Below, piece after piece: positions 49,851 through 60,454 of a DNA stretch of 64,000 nucleotides (within the stretch, counting starts at the first letter, position 1; each line of letters opens with the position of its first letter). A program made the position numbers and the translations under genes. Where the stretch lies: NCBI GenBank assembly GCA_958296135.2, contig CATQHZ020000001.1, forward strand, positions 2,048,001-2,112,000. The letters run 5' to 3'. Below the pieces are notes generated by a model. That model was not told where the DNA came from. It worked only from the letters and a program-made list of their open reading frames with translations, and did not search any database. The DNA is from an uncultured Poribacteria bacterium. GTDB lineage: Bacteria; Poribacteria; WGA-4E; WGA-3G.

Positions 49851-50555
49851 ATGTTAATTGATGTCAGAAACCTAACCAAAGTCTACCAGATGGGCGATGT
49901 GCAGGTGCACGCGTTGCGAGGCGTGTCCTTTACCGTTACATCGGGGGAGTTCATCGCCATTATGGGTCCCTCCGGTTCCGGGAAATCCACGATGATGGAT
50001 ATCCTCGGATGCCTTGCAACACCCACGTCCGGCGAATACTATCTTGAAGACGAAGAAGTGGGTAAACTTTCCGATAACCGGCTAGCGGATATTCGGAACA
50101 AGAAAATCGGTTTCGTGTTTCAGTCGTTCAACCTTTTACCACGGACGAGCGCGCTTCACAACGTGGAATTGCCCCTCATTTACTCCGGCCTCGGCAGGAA
50201 GGAGCGGAAACGGCGTGCTTATGAATCGCTGGAGGCAGTCGGCCTGGCAGACCGGATAACTCACAAATCCACGGAGCTCTCCGGTGGACAAATTCAGCGG
50301 GTGGCCATCGCGCGCGCGCTGGTGAATAGCCCCTCGATGATCTTCGCAGACGAGCCTACCGGAAACTTGGATACCCGGTCTGGTAACGAAATCATGGCGA
50401 TTTTCGACCGGCTCAACAAAGATGGGAATACCATCATCATGGTAACGCACGAACCCGAAGTAGCTGAACATGCACAGCGCGTCCTCCACATTCGGGACGG
50501 CTTAATTGAACGCGACGTGAGGCAGAACGGAAATGGTGCGCAAAACGCTGAATAA
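49851..50555 (+). CDS. ABC transporter ATP-binding protein (MacB-like)
   Basis: [37 protein letters not shown]. Confidence 0.93.
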   Translation: MLIDVRNLTKVYQMGDVQVHALRGVSFTVTSGEFIAIMGPSGSGKSTMMDILGCLATPTSGEYYLEDEEVGKLSDNRLADIRNKKIGFVFQSFNLLPRTSALHNVELPLIYSGLGRKERKRRAYESLEAVGLADRITHKSTELSGGQIQRVAIARALVNSPSMIFADEPTGNLDTRSGNEIMAIFDRLNKDGNTIIMVTHEPEVAEHAQRVLHIRDGLIERDVRQNGNGAQNAE

Positions 50556-52452
50556 TCACACACGTCGCACAGTAGGAGAGCTCTCCCGGTCCCGCCACCT
50601 CTCTCTCCTCGCCATCTTCTGTTTCACTACCTGCGCTGCGCACGCGCAGATAAAGTGGGATGCAGCGAAGTTTATGCCGTTGTCGGAAGTGAAACCCGGT
50701 ATGAAAGGGAAAGGCTACACGGTATTCTCTGGCATAACGGTGGAGGCATTCGATTTTGAAGTCGTCGGTATCCAGTACAACCGCTACCCGCGCTTGCATG
50801 TGATATGGGCGAAAGGCTTAAGCGACAATTTCAAAACGACCGGCTCCGCTGGCGGAATGAGCGGGAGTCCCACCTATATTGACGGAAGGCTCATGGGTGC
50901 CCTCGCGCGGAGTTACCGCGATCAGCGTGCACACGGAAACCTTTTCGGGATAACCCCCATTGAATTGATGGTGAGAGTTACCGAACACGGCATGCTGCCC
51001 AATTTAGGGTATCGCGGCACCCAAATTTTCGAGTTGGGCACAGAAGTTGTGACAGAAGGAATTGATACCGTCCCGTCCCTCTTCGGTGTCGGCATACCGC
51101 CCTCTTTTGAGCGGCAGCCGGTAGCAGCGTTGCTCCCGGCACCTTTTCCTTCGGAAGGGAACTCAGAACGGCTGGAGATGCCTGTCTCCATCCCCGGCAT
51201 TGATTCCAAGACGATGCGGTATTACCGAACACTCTTCGACCGGTTGAACCTCGTCCCTGTTGAAGCGGCAAGTGGCGGCAGCCCTATGAAAACATCGCCT
51301 GTTGAAGCCGGACAGACAATCGGTGTTGCATCTGCACGCGGCGATTTTTCCGCCTTCGGCTTCGGAACCATCACCTATGTTGATGGAAACGAACTCCTCG
51401 CTTACGGACACGCTAGGGATGGAGAAGGTAACGTCAACCTACCCCTTTCCGGTGGGTATGTTCATTTTATCGTGCCCGGCCGCTACCGCTCTTACAAAGT
51501 TGCCTCCGCCACGCAGCCTATCGGCACCTTAGTCCAAGACCGGGATGCAGCCATCGCCGGCACTATTGGGCAGCATCCGAGCTATATCCCCGTTACTCTC
51601 AACGTGGAAACGAGCAATGGCAGACAATATGCCCTTTTCTATGAAGTAATTCGGCATCGCGGGTTTTCCGCGCTCTATACGGAAATGGGGACAGCTTATC
51701 TCTTGGAGGCACTTGAATTTGCTTCCAACGACTACACTCTCAATATCGGTGCCACCCTCACTTTAGAAAACCATCCTGAACTCATCAAGCATGAAATTGT
51801 GCGTCAAAACGTCTATTCCTTCAGCGGTTCACCTCGGACAGCAGTGCGAGAGACACTCCGAACGCCGCTGTTACAGTTGCTTGATAATTCCCACGCCACG
51901 GTAGCGATAGAGAAAATTGATGTCGCGCTCAAGCTGGCGGATAAACGGCGGACAGCAGTCGTAGAGCGTCTCCGGATTAACAAACACTCCTACCGCCCAG
52001 GCGAAACCGTTGAAGTGGAGGTAACCGTGCGGCCCTACCTTGAAAAACCGGTAACGCTGACAGAAACCCTCACCGTTCCAAAGAACACACCAGACGGGCT
52101 CATCACGCTTCTAGCGATGAGCGCGACAACACACGAAAGATGGCAACGTTCACGTGCCCCGCTAAACTTTCGCCCGAAAAACGTCAATCAACTTGTCGAA
52201 CTCCTGCAACAACGGCAGAGCAACACCGACATCATCTTGGCGTTGTTCGTCCGGCAGCCGGGGTTGACGGTTCAAGGTGAGGAATTCGCCGATTTGCCGC
52301 CCTCGGTGATGGCCGTCATGAAGCCGACTACACAGATAGGCGACAGCGGCTGGACGCTCGGGGCAAGTTTACAGCATGAGAACATTCCTACCGAGTACGT
52401 GATTTTCGGAAGCGGCTCCATTGAATTCGCTGTGTATCGGCACGCGCGGTAG
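50533..52452 (+). CDS. SpoIVB peptidase S55 domain protein
   Basis: [46 protein letters not shown]. Confidence 0.85.
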   Translation: MVRKTLNNHTRRTVGELSRSRHLSLLAIFCFTTCAAHAQIKWDAAKFMPLSEVKPGMKGKGYTVFSGITVEAFDFEVVGIQYNRYPRLHVIWAKGLSDNFKTTGSAGGMSGSPTYIDGRLMGALARSYRDQRAHGNLFGITPIELMVRVTEHGMLPNLGYRGTQIFELGTEVVTEGIDTVPSLFGVGIPPSFERQPVAALLPAPFPSEGNSERLEMPVSIPGIDSKTMRYYRTLFDRLNLVPVEAASGGSPMKTSPVEAGQTIGVASARGDFSAFGFGTITYVDGNELLAYGHARDGEGNVNLPLSGGYVHFIVPGRYRSYKVASATQPIGTLVQDRDAAIAGTIGQHPSYIPVTLNVETSNGRQYALFYEVIRHRGFSALYTEMGTAYLLEALEFASNDYTLNIGATLTLENHPELIKHEIVRQNVYSFSGSPRTAVRETLRTPLLQLLDNSHATVAIEKIDVALKLADKRRTAVVERLRINKHSYRPGETVEVEVTVRPYLEKPVTLTETLTVPKNTPDGLITLLAMSATTHERWQRSRAPLNFRPKNVNQLVELLQQRQSNTDIILALFVRQPGLTVQGEEFADLPPSVMAVMKPTTQIGDSGWTLGASLQHENIPTEYVIFGSGSIEFAVYRHAR

Positions 52453-52459
52453 GCCCACA

Positions 52460-53428
52460 ATGCATCACGTCACAATCACCACGCCTGCCCGGCTCCACTT
52501 TTCACTCATCGATCTGAACGGCGCGTTAGGCCGGATTGATGGCGGGTTCGGGGTGGCAATTGAACAACCGAATTTCTGCATCGTCGCCGAACGGGCAACA
52601 GGCATCCACGTGGCAGATTCTGTGTATCGTGAACGCGCTTGTCACGTTCTGGCACGCCTCCAAGAAACTTATTCGTTTCCCGGTATCTCGCTCAAATTCA
52701 CCGCGGAAATCCCCTCGCACAGTGGATTCGGCTCAGGCACACAACTCTCCCTGGGCATCGCGCAGGCAGTGAACCTCCTATATGGGCTCGGGTTAAGTGT
52801 GCTTGACTTGGCGCACGCTGTTGGGCGCGGCGGCACCTCCGGCATCGGTGTTGCCGCGTTCAATACCGGCGGCTTCATCGTTGATGGCGGACACCGCTAC
52901 CCGGAGCAGAAGTCATCCTTCCTCCCCTCTTCCGCTGTCGGCGACATCTCTCCCCCGCCGATTTTACTACGGCACCCGTTCCCCGCGTGGCCGCTCCTCA
53001 TTGCCATGCCGAACTGCTCCCGGATTTACGGCGAAGCAGAACTTGAACTCTTTCGGACGCTGTGCCCGCAACCAGAATCGGTTGCGCCGCAACTCTCACA
53101 CATTCTCCTGCTCCAACTCTTACCAACTATTCTCGAACAGGATATGCGCGGCTTCGGCGAGGCGTTAAATCAAATTCAGACATTTGGATGGAAACGGGTG
53201 GAAATTGACGCGCAGGGACCGGAACTGCAACAGACGCTTGACTTCCTACAGCACAACGGTGCGCTAGGCGCGGGCGTTAGCAGCTGGGGGCCTGCAATCT
53301 GCGCAGTCAGCCAAGACATTGAAGAGTTGAAACGGAAGACAGCGGCATTCCTAGAAAGGCTTCCGAACGGTGGGAGCTGCTTTGTCACGCGCGCGAATAA
53401 CGTTGGTGCGCAAATTGTTTCTGAATAA
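52460..53428 (+). CDS. beta-ribofuranosylaminobenzene 5'-phosphate synthase family (GHMP fold)
   Basis: TPARLHFSLIDLNG...GRIDGG, HSGFGSGTQL, GRGGTSGIG...GGFIVDGGH, GVSSWGP. Confidence 0.85.
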   Translation: MHHVTITTPARLHFSLIDLNGALGRIDGGFGVAIEQPNFCIVAERATGIHVADSVYRERACHVLARLQETYSFPGISLKFTAEIPSHSGFGSGTQLSLGIAQAVNLLYGLGLSVLDLAHAVGRGGTSGIGVAAFNTGGFIVDGGHRYPEQKSSFLPSSAVGDISPPPILLRHPFPAWPLLIAMPNCSRIYGEAELELFRTLCPQPESVAPQLSHILLLQLLPTILEQDMRGFGEALNQIQTFGWKRVEIDAQGPELQQTLDFLQHNGALGAGVSSWGPAICAVSQDIEELKRKTAAFLERLPNGGSCFVTRANNVGAQIVSE

Positions 53429-53429
53429 T

Positions 53430-53462
53430 AAAAAAAGGGCGGGCCCGATGGCCCGCCCTTTT
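53430..53462. terminator. bidirectional intrinsic terminator
   Basis: AAAAAAGGGCGGGCC-CGAT-GGCCCGCCCTTTT between convergent genes. Confidence 0.85.
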
Positions 53463-53472
53463 CGTTAGGGGG

Positions 53473-54075
53473 TTATGCGTAATACGGGTTGTCCCCCGCA
53501 CCGTGGTCGGTAGTGTCGATCACGTGCTTAATTTCTGGAAAGGCTTCCAGAATCATCGCTTCGATGCCGTGTTTGAGGGTGACGTTCGCCATGCCACAGC
53601 CTTGGCATCCGCCGGCCATCTCAATGTAAACAGCATCGTCATCGACGTTCAGGAGTTCCACCTGTCCGCCATGTGCGGCGACAGCAGGGTTAATCCGTTC
53701 ATCGATCAGCTTCTGAATCTGTTGCGCTTTCGGATTATCCCATGTCGGGGTGTTAGGGTTCTCGATTTGGAACCCGCTTGCGTTCAAGTCGTCCACGTAG
53801 TCAATGACTGCGCCCCCGAGGTCTGCCGCACTTGCCGCGTCAACAAGGACGTTAAAATGTTGACATTCAACCACAAGGTCGCCCTCTTCAGCCTCGGTGG
53901 CTAAGCCGAGGCTGTATTGGAATGCGGTAGCGGTTCTGCCTTGGATGCTAATGCGCAGGCCTTCAATGTCAACCTCTTCGTTTTGTATGACCGCGTGAAC
54001 CTTCTCTTGCGCAGCCTCTGTCACAGTGAGCAAAGGGGCTTCGGTGCCCGTGAACTTCTTCAAGAAATTCTTCAT
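53473..54075 (-). CDS. nfuA: Fe-S cluster biogenesis protein NfuA-like
   Basis: Degenerate HesB/ATC domain plus NifU-C domain (INPAVAAHGG...GGCQGC). Confidence 0.88.
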   Translation of the reverse strand: MKNFLKKFTGTEAPLLTVTEAAQEKVHAVIQNEEVDIEGLRISIQGRTATAFQYSLGLATEAEEGDLVVECQHFNVLVDAASAADLGGAVIDYVDDLNASGFQIENPNTPTWDNPKAQQIQKLIDERINPAVAAHGGQVELLNVDDDAVYIEMAGGCQGCGMANVTLKHGIEAMILEAFPEIKHVIDTTDHGAGDNPYYA

Positions 54076-54097
54076 AGTCGCCTTCCGTCCCCCGCGC

Positions 54098-55063
54098 CTA
54101 GGCGGCGGGCCGGTTTCTCCCTTGTTGCTGCGAACGCAGTTCTCCCATCTCGTTATAAAGCGTTCGCAATTGTTCGATGGCGCAGATTTCCAACTGCCGG
54201 ATGCGTTCACGTGTTACATCCAGGGCATCTCCTATCTCTCGGAGTGTCTTCCGTTCTCCATCGTCCAGCCCGTAGCGCATCTTCAGCACGGTCTGCTCAC
54301 GTTCCGGCAGCTTACTGAGAAATTCGGCTACCAGATCGGCGTTAATCATTTCGGCGATCGGGCCGGCTTCCTCGCCAACGGCCGGGTCTTCGACCAGATC
54401 TCCCAGGGTCGCCGAGGCACGCCCGCTGCCCAGCGGCATATCCATCGACATGGTGTCCGCGTTAAAGGCCAGGATTTCGTCCACCTGCTCCACAGTCACG
54501 TCTAATGCCTCAGCGATTTCCTCGCGCGTCGGCTCCCGTTGCAACTTCTGACACAGCATCGCATACACCGAATCGAACTTGTTCATCTTCGACACGATAT
54601 AGGACGGTAGGCGGATCGACCGGGAGAAGTTCTCAAGCGCACGCATAATCGCCTGCTTGATCCACCAGATCGCGTAGGTGCTGAACTTAAACCCCCGTCG
54701 ATAATCGAATTTATCAGCCGCCCGAATCAACCCCAGATTCCCCTCTTGAATCAGGTCTTCCAAGGGAACGTTGCGGCCTTGAAACTTGATGGCGATGGAA
54801 ACCACGAGCCGCAGATTCGCCTCCACGAGCTCGTCGCGGGCATCCATATCCCCAGCCTCAATCCGCTTCGCCAATTCTACTTCTTCCTCGCGGGTGAGTA
54901 GACGATGCCCCGCAACACGCTGGAGCCAACTCGTTAAAGCACTCCGATCGCCGCCAGCGGCATAACTCTCAACCAGCTCCGTGTCGTCTAGCGGATAAGT
55001 ATCCTTGATGTAGGGAACGACACTTCCAAAATATTCCGTTTCGCCGGAAAACTCCGTTTCCAT
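54098..55063 (-). CDS. sigma-70 family RNA polymerase sigma factor (RpoD/RpoS-like, lacking region 1.1)
   Basis: [45 protein letters not shown]. Confidence 0.92.
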   Translation of the reverse strand: METEFSGETEYFGSVVPYIKDTYPLDDTELVESYAAGGDRSALTSWLQRVAGHRLLTREEEVELAKRIEAGDMDARDELVEANLRLVVSIAIKFQGRNVPLEDLIQEGNLGLIRAADKFDYRRGFKFSTYAIWWIKQAIMRALENFSRSIRLPSYIVSKMNKFDSVYAMLCQKLQREPTREEIAEALDVTVEQVDEILAFNADTMSMDMPLGSGRASATLGDLVEDPAVGEEAGPIAEMINADLVAEFLSKLPEREQTVLKMRYGLDDGERKTLREIGDALDVTRERIRQLEICAIEQLRTLYNEMGELRSQQQGRNRPAA

Positions 55064-55338
55064 TCTTCTCCTCTCCTTTATGATAAAATTTTGACCAAAT
55101 AAACACGAATATTAATAATACCTCATTCTTAAACGTTTTGTCAAGCAAATTGTTTAAAATAATCGACATTTCGCGCCAATAGAGGCAACTTCTATAGTAT
55201 TTTAACAAAAATTTCCAAAAAATGCAAGTTAAAAATGAAAAATTGCGGATATTGTTGCAATAGCGTCTTTTTCGCGCGCGTTTCAAGCCGAAAAAATCGG
55301 TGAGGCGCTGATTCCCGCGCATTGCGGCATTTTTGGAC

Positions 55339-55367
55339 TTGCATTCTATTGCACATCGCGGTATACT
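55339..55367 (+). promoter_or_regulatory. putative sigma70 promoter
   Basis: TTGCAT-N17-TATACT upstream of the 55404 ORF. Confidence 0.45.
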
Positions 55368-55403
55368 TTCAAAAAACGCGAATGCAATAGATACTCATTC
55401 ACA

Positions 55404-57434
55404 ATGACTCCTCCTCCTGCTCATCAACCCCGGCGTTCTTCCTCCGCCGTCCATAACGCGCCAACTGCCGGCCTCACTATCCGAAGCGTCCTCATCGGCA
55501 TGATAGCGGTGATATGCCAATGTCTCGCCACGCCTTACAACGATTTTCTCGTCGGTGGAACCTACCTCGCCGGGAACCACCTCCCCATCGCCGTTGTCTT
55601 CGTGATGCTGGTGTTCGTGCTCAGCGTCAATGTGATGCTGAAGATGGCGAAACCGGGAACAGAACTCCAAAGCACAGAACTCCTCGTGATTTGGGGCATG
55701 ATGCTCGTCGCATCAGGCATCCCCTCCTCAGGATTGATGCGGTATCTTATCCCTCTCTCCATCAGTCCATTCTACTTCGCAACAGCGGAGAACGAATGGG
55801 CAACGCTTTTTCATCAGCATCTGCCAGAATGGATGGTAGTCCGCGACACAAAAGCGGTTTTCTACTTCTACGAACGGTTGCCCGATGGCCATAGCATTCC
55901 GTGGATGGCATGGATAAAACCCATCATCGCGTGGAGCGGCTTTGTCCTAATTTTCTATCTGATTACTATCTGCTGGACCGCGCTTCTCCGCAAGCAGTGG
56001 ATAGAGCACGAACGGTTCACCTTCCCGCTTGTCCAACTGCCCATGGAGATGTTTCAGCCGCCCTCAGGCCGCTCCCTCTTCAACCGCTTCTTTAAATCGC
56101 CGCTGATGTGGGGCGGTTTCGCGATTCCTGTCATCTTGCACGGCTTGAAGGGGCTGCACCTTTATTTTCCAGCCCTCCCAAATCCGCCTGTTTACTTTCC
56201 AATCGCCGCATTCTTCACGGAAAAACCGCTCTCCGCCTTGACATGGTGGCCCTCCGTGAATCTCTTCATTTTCCCATCGATCGTCGCCATTGTCTACCTC
56301 TTGACACTTGAGATTTCGTTCAGTTTTTGGTTCTTCTTCCTCCTCGGAAAAATGGAGACGGTGCTTATCTACGCCACCGGCTCAAAAGTGAACCAGTGGA
56401 ATTTCCACCAAAACCAACAGATGGGCGCGCTGCTCGTCTTTATCGGATTTATCCTCTGGATTGGCAAACGGCACTTTGGGCGCGCATTCGCTACGATTGC
56501 CGGGCGAAGTCTACAGAAAACTCGCAAGGGACAGGCCCTCGCCCTACGGGACAACCGAAACCGAACCGACGATGCCAACGAACCCTTACCTTACGTTTGG
56601 GCCGTGGGCGGCTTCACTATCGGAAGTCTCTTGTTCGTCCTGAGCTGCCACCTCGCAGGCATGAGTGTATGGGTAGCAGTTTTCATGCTCGCGATTTTCC
56701 TCGCGTTGACGACAGTGGGAACGTGGATGGTTGCCAACGGCGGCTTGCTGTTTATTATCTATTCCTTCCTCCCCGGCGAATACCTGATGACGCTGTTCGG
56801 GAGTGCCCGCGTGAACGCACCAAGCTGGACGCTCGTCGCCTACGAACGAGTGCTGATGTTCGACATGCGCGAAATCCTCATGCCCAGCGTGATGAACAAT
56901 TTCAAACTCGCCGAACCGATGCGGCTCAAACAACGGCCGTTTCTGCTCGCCATGGGCATCGCAATCGTCTTGGCAATAGGCGTATCCTACTATGCCTCTC
57001 TCAACTTGGCATACACGCACGGCGCAGTCAACCTACAGCACTGGACTTACATGATTTCCACGACAGTCCCGTTTAACCGACTCACCAGCATTCTGCAGCA
57101 TCCCACCGGCATTGAAGTGGAGCGGCTCGGTTCGTTTATCTTCGGCGGGGCCGCCATGTTCGGCATGCTCTGGATGCGCCACCATTACCTCTGGTGGAAA
57201 CTGCATCCTATCGGCTCCCTGCTGATAACTAGTTACGCAACCTACTGCTTTTGGGGCTCGTTTTTCATCGGCTGGTTCCTCAAATACACGGTTCTGAAGT
57301 TCGGCGGCGTTGCGCAGTATCGCAAACTGCGTCCGCTCGTTTTAGGCGTGGTGCTAGGCGAATGCTTCATCGGCGGTATCTGGATACTCGTCGGGTTAAT
57401 AACAGGGATTGGGTATCGGTTGTTGCCCGGCTAA
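55404..57434 (+). CDS. DUF6785/DUF6784-like polytopic membrane protein
   Basis: ELLVIW, LRKQWIEHERFTFPLVQLP, WWKLHPIG, KFGGVAQYRKLRP...GVVLGE. Confidence 0.8.
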   Translation: MTPPPAHQPRRSSSAVHNAPTAGLTIRSVLIGMIAVICQCLATPYNDFLVGGTYLAGNHLPIAVVFVMLVFVLSVNVMLKMAKPGTELQSTELLVIWGMMLVASGIPSSGLMRYLIPLSISPFYFATAENEWATLFHQHLPEWMVVRDTKAVFYFYERLPDGHSIPWMAWIKPIIAWSGFVLIFYLITICWTALLRKQWIEHERFTFPLVQLPMEMFQPPSGRSLFNRFFKSPLMWGGFAIPVILHGLKGLHLYFPALPNPPVYFPIAAFFTEKPLSALTWWPSVNLFIFPSIVAIVYLLTLEISFSFWFFFLLGKMETVLIYATGSKVNQWNFHQNQQMGALLVFIGFILWIGKRHFGRAFATIAGRSLQKTRKGQALALRDNRNRTDDANEPLPYVWAVGGFTIGSLLFVLSCHLAGMSVWVAVFMLAIFLALTTVGTWMVANGGLLFIIYSFLPGEYLMTLFGSARVNAPSWTLVAYERVLMFDMREILMPSVMNNFKLAEPMRLKQRPFLLAMGIAIVLAIGVSYYASLNLAYTHGAVNLQHWTYMISTTVPFNRLTSILQHPTGIEVERLGSFIFGGAAMFGMLWMRHHYLWWKLHPIGSLLITSYATYCFWGSFFIGWFLKYTVLKFGGVAQYRKLRPLVLGVVLGECFIGGIWILVGLITGIGYRLLPG

Positions 57435-57607
57435 ATTGAAAACAGATTTTTCGTCACTGGCTGCACTCTTCTTGCACGAGAACATGTAGACTACATGAAT
57501 GTCGCTATAGATATGAGATAGAGCCAAAGGGAAAACCTTTTTTTGGGTATTGTTTAATGAAACCGAGGTGTCTTTGTAAGGGAGAACCTCATAATTGAGA
57601 AGCAAGT

Positions 57608-58354
57608 ATGAGAACCTTGGACCTCCGAACGATTCTCGGCGCGTTCCTCATCTTCTGCGTGATTGCCAGCGGTTTCAGTCTCTGGTATCACTATGAGATG
57701 AGAAAACTTGATGCCGAACACAAAGCGTCCTACCAGCGTCTAGAACAGCGGGAGGCAGTACCTATCCCCGCGTCAACCGACGTGACAACCGACGCTACCG
57801 AAAGCGCGCTTCCAATTGAAGACCGCGCGCACTTCGGGGACACGCCCGATGTGTTCCCAACAACAACCGATACAGGGATGCCTGAAGACACAGTTGCCGA
57901 CGAAACCCAGGCCGTTTCAGACATCCCCAGAGAAACAGTCGAAGACATTCCAGTCTCACCCCATGGATTCGGGCCGTATCCAGAATTGCCTGAAGGTTGG
58001 GGGCCGGAGACCTGGAACAATTTGTCTGCGAACCATGAACTGATGAAACGCGTCCGGATAAAACTTCTCTCCCAGGGCGTAAACGCCGTAGGGACAGCGA
58101 TGGAAAACGGCTTGGTATATCCGACTATCAAAGGTGTCGCCTATGTGAAATGGAAGTCGTCCCTCAGGCCAACCGGCATTGTCAGATATATAAGCCATTT
58201 TATAGGGCATCCGGATGATAGTATCCGGCTGGATGCCATCATAGCTGAGAAGGGGAGCACCTTTACCGAAGCGGACGTTCCATCAGACATAGAATTGGTT
58301 CGTTACGAAGAGGGAATTGATCCTTACGAATTTTTAGATTTGCCAAGGAGGTAA
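57608..58354 (+). CDS. hypothetical membrane-anchored protein
   Basis: N-terminal TM, acidic Thr/Pro linker, VSPHGFGPYPELP...HELMKRVRIKL...GIDPYEFLDL. Confidence 0.65.
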   Translation: MRTLDLRTILGAFLIFCVIASGFSLWYHYEMRKLDAEHKASYQRLEQREAVPIPASTDVTTDATESALPIEDRAHFGDTPDVFPTTTDTGMPEDTVADETQAVSDIPRETVEDIPVSPHGFGPYPELPEGWGPETWNNLSANHELMKRVRIKLLSQGVNAVGTAMENGLVYPTIKGVAYVKWKSSLRPTGIVRYISHFIGHPDDSIRLDAIIAEKGSTFTEADVPSDIELVRYEEGIDPYEFLDLPRR

Positions 58355-58357
58355 ACC

Positions 58358-58544
58358 GTGCTCAGAAGAATATTGGCCTTTGCCCTTAATTCTTGCACTG
58401 CTTGGAGGGACATCCCTTTGGGCGGTGGTGCGAGGAAGGGAAAGAGGCAGAAATTACAACCGCTATCTACAGAAGCGTAGCGGGCACGCGAATTGGGCGA
58501 GATGTATAGGTAAAGATGAGGAAGACAGAGTCATCGTTAAGTAA
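58358..58544 (+). pseudogene. possible frameshifted remnant of a secreted protein
   Basis: AAGGAGG RBS then GTG; VLRRILAFA continues as hydrophobic LILALLGGTSLWA only after a +1 shift near 58385. Confidence 0.25.
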
Positions 58545-58681
58545 AGCGGCAATCAAGCGCAGTCACTGAAGCACAGAAACGTTGTCCTGCTGCTTCAATG
58601 ACTTTTTTTGCGCAAAAAAAAACTTGCACTATTCCTCGCAATTATGCTAAAATAAATCAAAACCTGAAAGCAACACGTGAA

Positions 58682-60232
58682 ATGAAATACTTCACCTATT
58701 CCGGAAATCAACTCATCAACGCGAAACTGCCCGATACGTCCGAGGTGTACTACGCCAAGCCGCCGCTGCCGGGCATCAAGCGCGCAGCACTCAGCGAACA
58801 GACGCAACGCGCCTTTGAAAACCCACTCGGCATGCCGCCCTTGCGCGAACTTGTCAACGGTAATTCAAAAGTGCTCATCTTGTTTGACGACAACTGCCAA
58901 CCGTTTCCGGCAACCAAAAAGCCCGATATGCGTCAAATCATGATTGAGACGCTACTGAAGATGCTCTACGCATACGGCGTTGAGAAAAAAAATATCCAAC
59001 TCATGTGTGCCGTTGCGCTGCACCGCAAGATGAAGCCGCACGAACTGGCATATATGCTCGGCAAAAACATCATGGACGAGTTCTATCCGCACCAACTCCG
59101 AAATTTTGATGCCGAGGATGCCGAAAATATCGCCCGCGTCGGGAAAACCGAAAAAAACGAAATCGTTGAGACTGACAAAGCGGTGCTAGCGTGCGATTTG
59201 GTGATTTACGTTGACACCATCCAAATTCCACTCAACGGTGGACATAAATCCGTAGCCGTTGGGCTCGGCACTTATAGCTCCATCGCGCCGCACCACTCGC
59301 CGCACATGACAGCGGAGAGCCCGCACGTGATGCAACCCGACGGTTCACACATGCACGCCTGCATCGAACGGATGAGCCGCCTCATTCAGAAAGAGACACC
59401 CATTTTAGTGCTAGAGGCAGCGATGAACGGCGCGCTCTATCCATTTCATCTGCGCTACGTCGGAAAACCGAACAGTCAGTGCAACCTCGCGGAGAGATTG
59501 CTGAAAGTCTTCACACCGGCAACTTTGTCGCTTTTACCGGAGACGTTGCGGTATCAGATACTCAAAAGTGTGCGCACCGATTATGAACCGATGGCGGTAA
59601 ACGCCGGTGACATCGACGAAGTCCATCCGAAAACGTTGGCGTTAATGAAGGAGCAGTTGGCGATAGACATCCCGCGCCAATTCAGCACCCTCGTGTTCGG
59701 GCTCCCCGATATGAGCCCCTACGCTGTCGACGCGCGCATCAACCCAGTGCTTGTCGTCAGCGACATCTTAGGCTATGTGTTCAACTGGTTCTATAACAAG
59801 CCGATTCTCAAAAAGGGCGGCGTTGTCATCATCATGAACCCAACCTACGAAGTGTTCCACGAGGAATATCACGTCGCCTACAAGCAGTTTTACGACGAAG
59901 TCCTCGCCGAGACGACAGAGCCGTTTGAAATGCAACAGAAGTTTCAGGAGAAGTATGCCACAGACCCGCACCTAATCGACTGTTATCGGAATCGGTTCGC
60001 GCATCACGGTTTTCATCCGTTCACCGTCTGGTATTGGGCGACATATCCACTGAAATATCTCTCCAAGGTTATCTTGGTGGGCCCGAAAGAGCCGCGCGTC
60101 GCGCAGCGATTAGGTGTGGAGTGGGCGAAAAATTTAGACGATGCGCTAGCAATGGCTCGCGAAATCTCTGGCGAAGACGATGTCGTCGCATTAACGATGC
60201 CGCCGTTTTTCTACGCGAATGTCACAGGGTAA
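58682..60232 (+). CDS. lactate racemase (LarA/DUF2088) domain protein
   Basis: ENPLGMPPL, ILFDD, AVALHRKM, NGGHKS. Confidence 0.78.
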   Translation: MKYFTYSGNQLINAKLPDTSEVYYAKPPLPGIKRAALSEQTQRAFENPLGMPPLRELVNGNSKVLILFDDNCQPFPATKKPDMRQIMIETLLKMLYAYGVEKKNIQLMCAVALHRKMKPHELAYMLGKNIMDEFYPHQLRNFDAEDAENIARVGKTEKNEIVETDKAVLACDLVIYVDTIQIPLNGGHKSVAVGLGTYSSIAPHHSPHMTAESPHVMQPDGSHMHACIERMSRLIQKETPILVLEAAMNGALYPFHLRYVGKPNSQCNLAERLLKVFTPATLSLLPETLRYQILKSVRTDYEPMAVNAGDIDEVHPKTLALMKEQLAIDIPRQFSTLVFGLPDMSPYAVDARINPVLVVSDILGYVFNWFYNKPILKKGGVVIIMNPTYEVFHEEYHVAYKQFYDEVLAETTEPFEMQQKFQEKYATDPHLIDCYRNRFAHHGFHPFTVWYWATYPLKYLSKVILVGPKEPRVAQRLGVEWAKNLDDALAMAREISGEDDVVALTMPPFFYANVTG

Positions 60233-60244
60233 CCGGAGACTCCA

Positions 60245-60439
60245 ATGATTAAAGATTCCAACATCGTCGAAGATATCCGGCGTATCCGGCACAAAATTTC
60301 GGCGAAATTTGACTATTTGCAAATGTGTCAAGACCGCGGGTTGCGCAAAAAGGACAAGCAGTCTTGCAGCGCAAATAAAGAAATCGCGCCGCCTATTGCA
60401 GCGACATCCAAACCGCTGACACAGACTCCAGAAACTTGA
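60245..60439 (+). CDS. small hypothetical protein
   Basis: GGAG RBS; IVEDIRRIRHKISAKF motif typical of small TA-associated proteins. Confidence 0.45.
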   Translation: MIKDSNIVEDIRRIRHKISAKFDYLQMCQDRGLRKKDKQSCSANKEIAPPIAATSKPLTQTPET

Positions 60440-60454
60440 TAGCTGAGGAGGCTC

